From assembly GCF_002113885.1 (NCBI RefSeq), contig NW_018408566.1, positions 914,983 through 978,982 on the forward strand: DNA of 64,000 nt, given 5' to 3'. A program made the translations under genes and the position numbers. The notes under the pieces are model-generated. The model searched no databases. It had not been told where the DNA came from and saw nothing but the letters and a program-made list of their open reading frames with translations. Shown here in pieces: positions 51,001 to 64,000 of the stretch (positions within the stretch are counted from its first letter, which is position 1; every line of letters begins with the position of its first letter). The DNA is from Mizuhopecten yessoensis (Eukaryota).

Positions 51001-54000
51001 TTAGAATGTCTTAATCTTAATCTTTTTACCGGTTTTTCTTTTTCATTTTCTTCTTCCTTTGTTCTTTTTACCTTGCTGAGAACTGAATAATACAAAGATT
51101 ATACCTATTTCTGTTATAAAAAATAATTTTAAAACAACGTTAGTGCATTAGGTTAACATAAGATAATGAAATACGCATCGCATCGAATACAGATGATTGG
51201 TTATACGATTGTTTCTATTTTACAATCGAACCCAATATAGATCAACGTCACCATTAAACATAGATAATTATAAGTGATTACATCATTAAGTAGCATGCAT
51301 ATGTCTCTCATAAATTTGGACTATTAATGACACAATTACCGTGTTATGCAGCGATTACACCCGTGCCGTGTATAAATTGTCCTATTGTTCCTTGTCTCTT
51401 TTGTTTGAGACCTAACTAATTGACCTTGAAAGAGATATTTTCACAGAAAATTCTTAATCATTCATTTAAACGTTCGTTTCCATTGCATATGGGAAACGTA
51501 TATGGATGTTTAGGATAACACCTGCGGCCTTTGCATCTATATACGACAACTGTGAATATTTCTGAAACATATTTTCTATATCAATAGTCACAAATGTATC
51601 ATAAATAAGTTAACCTCATTTTCAGGGTCAGTGAATAATAATAACTGTCTGATTGACATGGAGTTCCTGATACATCAGTAGTCGACGTTGACGTACTCAT
51701 TCATAAAACCACATGCACATCATGAAACTGACTAATTACAATTATTCCCTGTACCGAGTATTGATGAATAGAGACGCTTCCTGTTATTTAAATATTTACT
51801 GTCACTAGTAATGATAACTATAATTCATTGTGAATGAATGGAAATACACTATAATTAACTCACTTTTCAAGAAAACCTTTTGTTTCAAAACGGTTTATTA
51901 GTAATTAACGTTACCTGGAGCACGACTTTGACCCAGCGTCAAACCACACATCTAACAAGTGGCCGAAGTAGATATATGTCTCGATGTAGATAACTATACT
52001 TTAGACATGTACTATAATGATAATATTGAAATACAAAATAGAAATACATCATAATTGTTATACACGAAGCTCATACAATGCAGTTGTACCACTTCAGAAC
52101 ATTAACTTCAAGTCCATAAAGTTGTATAATATTAACCTAAAAGCAATAAGATAAGAAATAAGTAGATTATATGAGATATTAGATTAGTTTGAAACCAAAC
52201 AAAGTACATCAGATCAGTTCTTTATCACCTTGAAACTTACATCTTCGATACCAGGTGAACATCGCACTTACACATATTTAGCGTCAAGAAGCATATTTGC
52301 AAATTTACCTAGGACCAGGCATGTGAGCCTTACGGCTCATCGGTCCCAAATACATGTATACAAACATGATAAAATAAACAATACAATCACAATTTGATTT
52401 CTCACATTCGATCAAAAACACCAACTAGCAAAGTGTAGAGAGACATTCCTCGTTACATTTTTACATAATCATTACTTTTCATATGTTTTGTTTAATTTTG
52501 TACCTTTGTTTTTCCCACTCTTTCCATGAGTTGAATAGATGTGTATGTTAGGCTCACTGTAGTAATATTTCGTGATAAATCTTTTTCCTTCCATTTATAT
52601 TTTAATAGAAAACAAGTTGGCAACTAGGTTCAGTATTTGGGATTTATCCAATTAGTCAGTGGAATACTAGATACACTAGTTTACCCGATAAGTCACTGGG
52701 ATATGCGTACAATATTTGAGATCTACCCGATTAGGTAGTGGGCTATACATACGATAATTAGATGTACCCGATAAGTGGGAAGTATTAAGGACAACTTATC
52801 TCTTTCAATGTAACTATCACTCTATTCCATACATGCATGTATATCATTTTGTTATCAGAGCATGTCGACAAAATTGAATCAACCGAGAGAATGAATGAAT
52901 GTTGATTTCTCAAAAGACGGTGTCGTGTATTTGTGGTTACTTATGTAGAAAGCAATAAGTCTAAGCTAATTAGCGATAACTAGAAAAAAGGAGCTCCTGT
53001 AATTAGGAATTTACGTTGGTTAAGGGTAATCCGATTAGACAGTGTGGCCAGTTCTCCACGCTGACTATCTGTAATTAGCAATAGATGTATAGGTTTTAAC
53101 AACTGTTAGTATGTAGGAAGCATATCTATGGTATTCTCAAACGTCCAGCAAGGGGTCGCACAACGAATCGTGTTTGTATAAAAGAGTTCTTAATAATAAA
53201 TGTGCATGCTAACATAGACTTCCCGAATTAACAATAATACTAATATCATGTATGACCGTCCATTTCTGTAAATTTTATTTGCATTTCTGATCTGTAATGT
53301 TTTGACAAAAATTAAGTTTTAACTACAGTACACCGGCGTGTCTTATTGTTGAACACTTGGTTGATATAAGGGAGCGTTACATGTCACGATTTGAAATCAG
53401 GAGAAGAGGCCATGTTGACATATGGATCTCAATACTCTTGATAAGCTCATTCGTAAGTAGAAGGAAGCATACAAGTCATCGTATATTTACTGGTTATATA
53501 ACTATTATCAAACAACGGCCTGCCTCATTCGGAGTCTCTGCTACCTTGTTTTCTTTTCATTCCTGTGGGCTGTATTTCAATACTCAGAGATTCGAAATCA
53601 TGTGCAAAATGATATTGATTAAAAAGGAAGCTATTTAATCCATTATTGAAAGCCCAAGAGTAGTCTTTGCGTGAGGCACTATATTAAACAGGCCTATTTG
53701 ATAAGTCGCCCAGATACCCGTATTTGTTTTCCGGGTGTTTATGAGCCTGGATACATCATAAAGAGAAATCACTATTCTAATTGATCTAGCTTTCAAATTA
53801 TCTTAAATTTAAAGCTCTTGTTGAAATTAATTATTTTTGAAATGTGCCTATATAATTAACTCAAACAAATCCTTTCTATGAAACAAACAAAGAGGGTTTA
53901 CAATTAATTCACATTACCAAGTGCATGGTACCCGGTCTATCAGTTAACAGATCACCATTGTACGAAATGGACATCAAGCATGGTACAAGCACACGCACGA

Positions 54001-54146
54001 TGCGTATTATGCATACAGAACGCAAATATACTTGTGATAGCACAAATGTTTAAACACAATTTACCTATTTCAGAGAACATCATACGTAATCACACGTACT
54101 ATACTTAAAACCCAATTTGGGAAAGTGAGGGATGTGTTGTATGAGT

Positions 54147-54415
54147 TTACCAGTAGGTTGCGACAGAGAAAGGACATATATGTAAGTGTTATAGTGTCAT
54201 GGACATAGATGTGTTATACAATGTTATAATTTTACCAGTAGGTTGCAGAAGAGAACGTTATAAATAGTTGTGTTATACAATATTATAATAATACCAGTAG
54301 GGTGCGGCGGAGACCTTTATACATAGTAGTGTAATGCAATGTTATAATAATAATAATACCAGTAGATTGCGGCATATAACGTTATGAACAGTAGTGTTAT
54401 ACAATTTTATACTTA
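54147..54415. repeat. Degenerate ~60-85-bp tandem repeat, 4 copies
   Basis: taccagtagg(t/g)tgc...gtgttatacaatgttataat. Confidence 0.7.
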
Positions 54416-57400
54416 TACATTTTTGCTTTTTAACCTCAGTGATGATCTTTCCAATCCAATTATTTCAGTTTTGCAGTGAAATATTCAAATACAGTGTATT
54501 TTAAAATTGATGGTTTAATGTATCGCCTTTTACCTGGATGTCACGGGCAGATGCTTACAATTTAAGTTCATCTACCTCAAAACTTATTGTATTATTCTGT
54601 CAATATTTATTGTTCAGCTTATTATTCCTATATCGTTCAATTTCCAAACCCATACTATGTATCTGTTTGACAGCTCTGTTGTATTAATGTATCAGCTTTA
54701 TTAAATAATACATTAGTGTAATGTTATCGTTCAGACACGTTAACTCTAAACAATACGAAAATAACCAATTAATCTTGCAAATAAACAAGTGCTCGCTTAA
54801 TTGTCAAATGGTCTTGATGCGACCCACAATCAAGAGGAGATGCATTTATGATGTAAAAAAATAACAGATTATGAGTCGAGATGTCGTCCTCGTTCCATAA
54901 ATCCTTTTGGCTTGTTTTAAAATGCTACATTTTATTATTTAAAATGCATCTTTGATAGCGTCTAATTTGATTAGTGCATGGAAATAAATTGCTCACGTTA
55001 CATATACATATGTATTGTAAAGCAGTTGAATGAAGTTTTGTGTATTTGGTGCCGGGAATACTCCTGTATACTCCGAGTTATTTGGATATCAGTAGTAAAA
55101 TAACTACCATGAAATTACGGAAATTGATAGAAAGCATGAATTCAGAAGTACTGTATGCCAAAGTATCTTCTATTAATACCATAACTGATTATAGAGAATC
55201 ATTGTGAGCGAATATTTCTGGCATGAAAAACTGAACGGAAATTATGAGAAGCATGGCTACAATGTACCCAGGATCGGTAGTTGAACTGTATCAGGAAGTT
55301 TACGATGCATTCTTACGTGTTATCAATTACTAACGATGTATTGCCGATATAACATATAATATAAGTGTTCCTCACATCATTTCAGTGATTAATTTGTATA
55401 GTTTTCTACAAAAAATCGTCTTAATTAATTACAGACAATTGTGTTGGTCGTATTATTATTTAACTCATATTACAAACAGGGAAGTTAACCGAGAGGAAAC
55501 GAGCTAAACTACACATAGCGGGATGAGTAACCTTAGACCATTCATACATTTCTGAGCAATCGGTGAAACCGCTTAGTTATGAATTATGAATTACACAAGC
55601 GACGCCATGTTATCGTTTATGTAAACGACGCAATGTATTAACCTTAATCATGTACGCAATAAAATCTGATAAGATACAAAGTGGGACACTATAAATAGCG
55701 GCAAGTTTTGTTTTACAGAAAGTGTAAGCTAGGAGTGGCCCTACCCTTTTATCATGCATCAACATCATCTGAAGTCAAACGTGTTTTGATGGGAGGTATG
55801 AAAACGATACGAAACACACCGTTTCGTAAATATAACCTGTATTTATAAGAGAAGAGATGATCCGAATATCAGTCAGAAGTTATCATTGGTGGTCATTTAG
55901 AAACATTTTACATCACCCGTTCATCTTTGAGGTACCAATGTGACGATAATTTGCGAAAATGATAATTTATTTCAAACATGTCTATACATTTCTATGTACA
56001 AATTCTGTTATAAAATACATTTTTTAAGCATTACCAAAAAGAGACGATTAAGTTATATTTGGAAAGTGAATTCAGATTAGTTGTTTCGACGGTATTGAAG
56101 AAATCGAGAATTATGAGAAATCGAGAGACATGACAACATATTGAAGGTCATGGTGTAATCATAAGTATACGTCCCTGGCACAGTGTGTGTCTTGTACTTC
56201 TCTCTGGCGTCGACTTAACGTTTCTGTCAGACATACATAAGTTGGATTAAAGTTAGAATCACTTCTAATTTCGACCTTTCATTATTTTATAATTCTTTGA
56301 ATGTGTGATGTCAGGGAAATTATAATAGTACTGTTTAATGTATAGACTATATCACACCGACCGACGCCCCCTGTACACTCTCCTACATCAGGCTATGATT
56401 GTGTTCCCGCGGCGGGAAGACATATCCCCAATTAATTACATCTACTGATCAAGTACTCGTTACAGGGGTTGAACCAATGTAGACGGATCCCATTGCTGTG
56501 TGCGACGTAATTAAAATCTAATTTGTCAGACATCAAATTAAGAGACCGTCCCCTGTTACATGACTTCCCTGTTGATCGATGTTTGGATAGGTATCAAGAG
56601 TTCAAGTTCTTTAATTTTATCACCGAATAGAATTTTATATATCCCTATGGCCGAACATAGCAGCCCTTACATAAAACCCTCTCCACGGCTGTCGTTAAGT
56701 AATGCGCTCAGCTTGACGTATTTTCATGTTACATATTCAAAGCTATATTTGTTATCAACTTATTGGATACACATCAACATTTGAATCACATTTGTCTTCC
56801 TTTAGCTACCAATGGTACACACCAATTCAACTTAATATTATCTCCTTATTAAGTAAACCGTTCGCGGTGAGAAAAAAAAAAGAAAAAAAAAAAAGTTAGA
56901 GAAAGCTAACAATACTGTCGACGTTTTCGTTAAGAAGAACAGCAGATGGATGTGTTTACTCGCAATTTTCAGTCAATTTGGTGGCGTTGATGACGTTAAG
57001 TAGGCTGTGTTGAAAGCGCGTGGTTGTAGACATAACCGTTGTGGATTTGGATTGGTTAATTGTCTATGTACAGGTAGTTTGTAGTAACTTGTAGCGGACA
57101 GCACTAATCAAAGTGACACGGCCAAAAATGGCCAACTTCAATATTTGTGGAAATGCTATCTGCCCACGTAAGCCACAGACTAAGTTTGACAACAAATAAT
57201 AAAGATAAACAGCAATCAGATCTGACCTGGTATCCGATGGTTAGATAAACATAATATTCCTGGATCAAACTGACGTACCATTCAACTCATTCTAGTTTCT
57301 GCATTTATCGAAGGTTATTTAACGGATCAAAAAGAGAATTTTCCTTGTGGTCAAAAGATAAATAATACAATATAAGTATAACCGTACTATATTTACATAT

Positions 57401-57577
57401 ATATATATCCCACTTTTCAGTTAAAACGTTTGTAATTGGCGGCTTTACATCAGAATGGTGATCGTTGAACATCACAGAAAATGCTGGCTTGTACACTGTT
57501 AGTCGATAATGCTGTATTCCACATTAATAGCCAGTATTTGTTATTTGTTGTTACAGATATTCACATTTCACGTATTT

Positions 57578-57608
<31 letters not shown>

Positions 57609-57618
57609 GGGGGGGGGG
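57578..57618. repeat. (GT)n plus poly-G tract
   Basis: gtgtgtgtgtgtgt followed by about 27 G. Confidence 0.9.
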
Positions 57619-60600
57619 TCTACTTATCAGACAATAATGATATCACATGCATTTCTGATGCTCACATCAACAAGCTACTTATTCGTAAACGATATTGCAT
57701 CGTTTTGGTAAAAACCGTACTAAGCACATGAAATCGACGGCAATACCGTATTTTAACGTATTGTTTTACAAAATGATTTAGATAGTGATACAACAAATGT
57801 TTAGAGATAGCGCGTGATGTTTAAATATCCTAAACCAACATGATTAAAAAACATTTTCAAGTAAAAGAGTGTATTTGAATCTGTATCAGGTCCGTAAAAG
57901 ACTGAACCCATTAAGACACCTGTCTTGCCTGAAGCTCTTCTCTTTGTACTCTTAACATATTTAATGACATATTTAGTTATACTTTCAGTTACCTTATACA
58001 TATATTTTTTTATTTTTATTTTTTAGGGTGTAAACATATTAAACTGGTAATACCATAACTACATTCTATTAATTTCACTTTGTACTTTTAATTAAGCTGA
58101 AACCTATTCAAGTGGTTGACTTTAGACATTCCAATTATGACTACAAACTTACGAATTGATTACAGACCGTAATGTTAAAAATGGTTCATATGTATTGAAC
58201 ATAATTTAGCATTTGATTGTTATATTAAATATTTATGGAACTAGTTCTAAAATTGGTGTTTAATTCTCATTAACCTTCTTTAATTGACTTCTGCCAAAAC
58301 AATTCAAATATGTACTTAGACTAAGTTAAACTATTTTACGTGTTGAACAGTTGCACGGTAGTCCAAAGAGTTTGCAACGCTTTACTTAAAACTTCATTAA
58401 AACGCTGTATATTGTCACAGTTGTAAAAACTAGTATATGTTGTAGCTATTGATGGTTCCAGCACTGCTTCGGCCAAACATAAACATCTGATATAGATTGA
58501 GTTTTTGATGCACTGCTTAAACGATGCATTTCGTATTTGAGTGGATTTCCATCATTTAACAGGAAATATTAGGACCAGTACCACATGTGGTGCTAGGAAT
58601 TATACCTTGAGGAACATAGTCCCATACATCTAAGTTATGTCTAGTCGTGTTGATTTCGTACACCTTACATGGGCATACTACTGCAGTACTATTTGTCCAA
58701 GGTAGATGAATGGACATTCGCAATTTCAAGTTTACATTACAGTTCACAACTTTGTATTAAGATATTTGTAATCATCAACCGTTTTTTATTATCATTATTA
58801 TAGCAAGTGATAGAGGATGGCCCGATATACCCTAACCAAGACGATATAGAGAAGAAACGTTGACCAATCGTAGACCTGATCACAATAACAAAATGTCAAG
58901 TGAAGAACCACAGATATTTTAATATGGGCAAACTGTTAGACGTAATAAACCGTTTGTTGTTGTTTTGAAATGCACGTGTCCTCTCCTAACGCCCCAAAAA
59001 GTATCGTTAGCCTAAATAAAAAGACAAGTGGGATAATAACTATTCTAGAAACTTATACATTTAAGGCGGTGTTTATGGTATATTAGTTGTGCAATAAAAC
59101 TGATATATAAAAAAATAAACAAAAACGTTAAGCGTGAGGGCACTCGGGCGTGCAAATGTCGTGTTTTTACCGAGCCAAGCACAATGCCAATTTGTGACAG
59201 GGAGGGATGCAACACGTACAGTAGGGGAGATTTAGTGATTGATTAATCTACTGGATCCTTATATTGTACCAATTAGACATTACTCCTTTCAGCCGGTGTT
59301 TTTAACTTCTCTGTAACCAATACCGGATGTATTCATATAGAATCAAATCAACCGTCAGCGATCAGGGTTCGTATTATATTCCTGCTTGATTTAACGCCAA
59401 GTACGCCGAAGATGGTAATTTCTACTCACCAAGGGGGTTGGATTGGATCTGAAATGTCACACACTTAAAAAGATTAATCAGTTTTTTGTTAATTCCCATT
59501 TATATAAAAATGACTTAAAACGTCCATCACCTCAGTTTGGGATCCGTCATAGCGTTGCCCTTTGTTAAGGACAATTGTAGCGCCACCGTCCCGCCATTTT
59601 ATCTCCCCCTGGGATAGGGGAGTTGCGTTCATAATGTCGTCGCTAGCATAACGTCATCGAGACCATGGCTGGCCAAGTTATATTACACATGATATCTCAA
59701 TATTAGAGTTATCAGAATGGATTAAACGGTAAAAAAACGCAATTATTAGATTTGTCATGTGCAGTGGAGGACAGATTGTGGCTATGTTAAATATGAAGAA
59801 GTGCAACATGATCTGCATATTTAATGTGTGTCAGTTTTTGTATATTAACTCCGTTCCGTGTGTTGTAATGCACGCGCTAATGACAGGGCCGAGCGGCATC
59901 AGGCTATGTAAGATGATCATGCGTTAAAGTGAAACATAAATTTCGTATGTTTTCATCAATATTAAACTGAAGCAACCACTCTGGTATCTGATTTCGTCAC
60001 TATTAACCTAACCCAATCATGTTGCTAACTTTATAGGACATTCATACATAAAGAATATTAACAAAATAAGTAAAAGTTAAACGTTAATGCGCCTAGCAAG
60101 AAGAAAAAATACCTACTGAGGTTTTTATAATGTGAAACAAATTTGCAAAGTTTTTTTTCTGAAAGAATAAGATTTTGTTTATATGTTTAGCCTAAATCGC
60201 CTTGTAAAATATATCTTTTATATCATATTTCTGCTTTTTGAAAAAAAAAAAAATCTTGTTATGTAAGGCCGCAAAGAGTGACGTGTCAACACAACACAAA
60301 ATGCAGTTGTCGTTAATTCAGATTAAGAAATATATGGCAAGTAATGCCATTGACCAAAGTGGATGTTCGTTTATATTGCGACGTCTTGCATTGGTGGCAA
60401 TGCTCGTTATACGAGACGTATTATTTGCAATGGTGAGAACCGAATGTCGGCGGACTTTGACGGACGGGACCGGATTTAGCCGTACGCTAATTGACGTGAT
60501 GGAAGTATACGTGTTATGTCTTTGAGTGTACGTATAAATTCTGAAGGCCTCCGAGGACCGACCAGCAGAAATAGTTCCTACTGTATTACAAAGGATGTAC

Positions 60601-63600
60601 GTAATACACATGATAACATATGATGGCATTGATCTTTGTCACAATCGCTAACGCTTCTATATATGGTCATATCAAAACTCATATCAATGTATGAGTAGAC
60701 TGACGCCATTATATTTCAGGTGTTCATACAACTGTTTTGGATTGACTTTGATTATCAATATGAATCCAAACTGAAAACAGAAAACAAAAAAATCCATAAA
60801 GTTCGTACAAGTTGCATTTTCGGATTTAACTGTTCGTTTCTAACTCAGATTTACTTAATCTGGAATAGTGATGTCCAGTTAGTTTAAAAAACTGTTAGTT
60901 AAATTCGCGTATGTTAATTGTTGATTCTAAATCGCCCAGGACATGTTAAATGCTGCAGAGGAACAGTGTCCATTAATCAACTGTTGAATCATTTATTTGG
61001 ACATTTTATTGAAGAAATGCTTTTTACATGGACAATATATCTTCTATTGAACACATTTGCTTTTCAATAAGTGAAAGAAATGGATGGCTGTGTAACCCTA
61101 TATCAGATAATCAAACCCAAGATTAGAACAATCCGGCTATACGTTGCTTTGACACCTCCAAAATGGCCAAAACGTTGATGTGATCTAACATCTTTTATCG
61201 CACTTAACTGTGCAAATGGGATTAGAAAACAAACCAGTTTTTCTTTAAACCATAATGCTCCGACCAAATATATGTATGTTAAATACTATAAAACCCAGTC
61301 GTAGTCTGTCAATGTATAAAACAACTGCCGGAGTTCATAGAGTCTCAAACACCATGTTACGTCGAATCCATTTTGAAATCCGATTCGTCATTCAAAGTAA
61401 TTTGATTATTTGATATATACAGATTACTCGCATATCCAGTCTTGTAGGAGGGAGCTAGCCTCCTAAAATATCCTACATATTTACGTATAAAAGATAACAT
61501 TCATGGGACCAGCAGTCTGTGGCCTACACTACGACACGTGTTAGGCGGAAAACTATCATGACATTTGGAAAAGATAATCCGGACGGTCCTTTATCAATGA
61601 CATAACTTGTGGTCGAACCCATTCCTGCGACAGTTTTGCTCGTACCGGCCCATTAGACGGAACAGATTCCGGCGGTGCGGGTCGGGGCCTTGTCTATATG
61701 ACGCGGGGGTCAACGTTACATGAGTATAACGGGAAGTCCCCCGAGACTTCCTTAAGTGTTGACACACTCATGATACGGTAAAAGCGCATGCTATCGTTGT
61801 TTTACAGGGCACGTGTTCTTTGAAACCTGGAGCGTGCGAGGGTTATCACTCCTATTTAGATCCCAAGTCGAGACCAGAGCAGTGTGCATGTGCGTGTTTG
61901 CGATGGAAGACACGCATATCGCGTAGTATGACCTACGCAACGCATGACCGAATGGCCGCGCCAGGTCAACTTACAGCGTCCCGAAATCAGACTTAATTAG
62001 ATCGTGCATATTTCCTACTTGAATACGTACGTTGTATTTGTTCTCCACCTCATTCAGCCTAAAAATCGATATTGAGGATTGTTTTATGTCACTTACAGCA
62101 CGTTTCAGCATTTTCTTTCAAACCTCGTATCAGCATTGTCACTCATTAAGTTATTGTTAGTAGTATGAAGTTAACAATGCTTCCATTATATTTTTTCTTG
62201 ATCATGTGACTTTGTGGTTGATCATCAATCAAACGAGAGCTACAACGAACGGTTACAGTACCAAGAGAGGCTAGCACCTGTTTCATTAGAGTAAATGCTA
62301 TTTACACTTCCTTGATGCGGGCGGAAAAACACAAGATTGGCCCGTCCTCAAGGATAAATGAATTAAGGCATTACTTAATTGGAATCATACACATGAGACA
62401 CTGTTAGGTATAGGGAACCCGTTACTATAGGTAATATAACATCAACCTAATAATACGGGACAGTACGGGTTATACAAATAGTGTGTGTCGGTCGTCAACT
62501 CCACGACACCAAACTTGTTGTTGTTCTCTACTGGACGATAAACAACCCTCCGCTTACGTCTTCATAACAGGTTCAAACGCACGATTCGATAGTTACCAGC
62601 TTTGAAAGACAATTCACTGAAACAAAGTGAAACAAAAATCGTCCTTTTTTTCGTGGAAACTTTTAAAAATCGGAAACACTTCGTAAAAGATAACGTGAAC
62701 ACAATATCCCAAGACTATGTACATTCCTCTGTGTTAGGTGCTACACGTAGTACATTATGGGAAAACGATAACATTCTTGGTCATCACTTATGTCTGCGGA
62801 CTTCTTATTCTTTCGTTTTTCTTTGATATTTAAATTTCAATCGCCCACTATTGGAGTATTGGACGGCTAGCAGCTCGGGATGCCACAATGGAATAGGACG
62901 CACCTAGGCGCTGTGTACGCTGATGGGGCTACTTGATCGCTTGTTACAGAGACTGAAGGGGTAGCAGAGAGACGACCTGACCATGACAAACAGACAAATC
63001 CTTCTTAGCCAATTAAAATCATCACAAACAGCACTGTTTACCCCCCTACTTCGTCTTGCGTCAATACAAATATAGTCTCCTCAACCACTGGACGTTCACA
63101 CGTTTTCAGGCTTTTGAATGTGAGTGGTAAGAAGGATTTTTTGTTCAGAGAATGTCTTTTAAGAATCTCCAATTTCTTTTATACACGCTCTCAACTCCGT
63201 CGACAAGAGAAATGTCCAATATTGTCGACATCCATTGTCAGAAACGAGAATATCCTTTCTGAGGTCAAGTTACAATCGAATTAAAACTTCTTACTTAACC
63301 ACAACGTAAACTCGATTTTAATGGTACTTTCTCTTTGGTAAATGGCGGGGTTTGAAATCGATTAAAATGTCACAAGAAAAAAATTAACGATTACAAAAAA
63401 AGTGTCCAACAATAGCCTTGCGAAGTTTGAACGCTCTGTCGCAGCATCTGAAGCAATGTGATAGTTTATCGCTGTTGGTCGTTAATGAATATCTTGGTTG
63501 AAATGTATGCACTTTAACAGGATGAGCGTCTTGTTACCTCAGATCGCTTCATCAACGTCCGTACCGTGTTAACAAGTGTATTATTTTCAATAAAAGCCTC

Positions 63601-64000
63601 TCATTATATAAGGCAGTGTAAGTCGAACTAAAAGTGTATTGTCCGAACGGCTCGTATTTTGGTTCTGTGGGTGTATTTAGTTAATGCACCAAAAATATCA
63701 AGAAAAGATGCATAACTCTGGTGAAGAAGTCAAAACATTTTTAAGGATCCCTGCCCCACTGCGCTGTGGTTTTCCGTAAAAACAGTGACATCCAATCAAT
63801 TTTGTTCAGGATACTGTAGCACCGTTTGTAAAACAAATTGAGGACTACAGTTCGAATCCTGGTCTAACCAAGCTGATCTGTCACACTTAAAACACTGTTG
63901 TTGGTTATTTTTGTTTATTTCATCTCTATTATTGATTTTGTCATAGAAATCCTGCAAGGAATAGTTTTCTTTTCAGAACTGACCTATCAAAGCTATAGTC

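Noticed and set aside
60238-60629. Overlapping 95- and 103-aa ORFs in a slightly GC-richer patch
   Set aside because: No recognisable domain or exon structure; length within chance.

Overview
AT-rich eukaryotic (metazoan, probably bivalve mollusc) genomic DNA. The only protein-coding gene I can support is a minus-strand, neuronal-type (PDZ-containing) nitric oxide synthase. Twelve coding exons with GT-AG boundaries and compatible phases run from an ATG at 30258 off the left edge of the window. They encode a PDZ domain with the nNOS beta-finger, a long linker, the Zn/heme/BH4 oxygenase domain, the calmodulin-binding helix and the start of the FMN domain. The rest is intronic or upstream sequence with many minisatellites (including a 3.2 kb array of 54-bp units), V-SINE-like tRNA-derived SINEs, a Harbinger-type MITE and a LINE 3' remnant. 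Most notable: an 89-bp duplication that copies a NOS splice acceptor (potential poison isoform), an intronic tandem array derived from the 3' end and donor of the heme-Cys exon, inverted SINEs bracketing the PDZ exon, a uORF and alternative donors in the PDZ exon, a paired CRE module, and candidate alternative non-coding first exons. All coordinates were read by eye; no searches were run.
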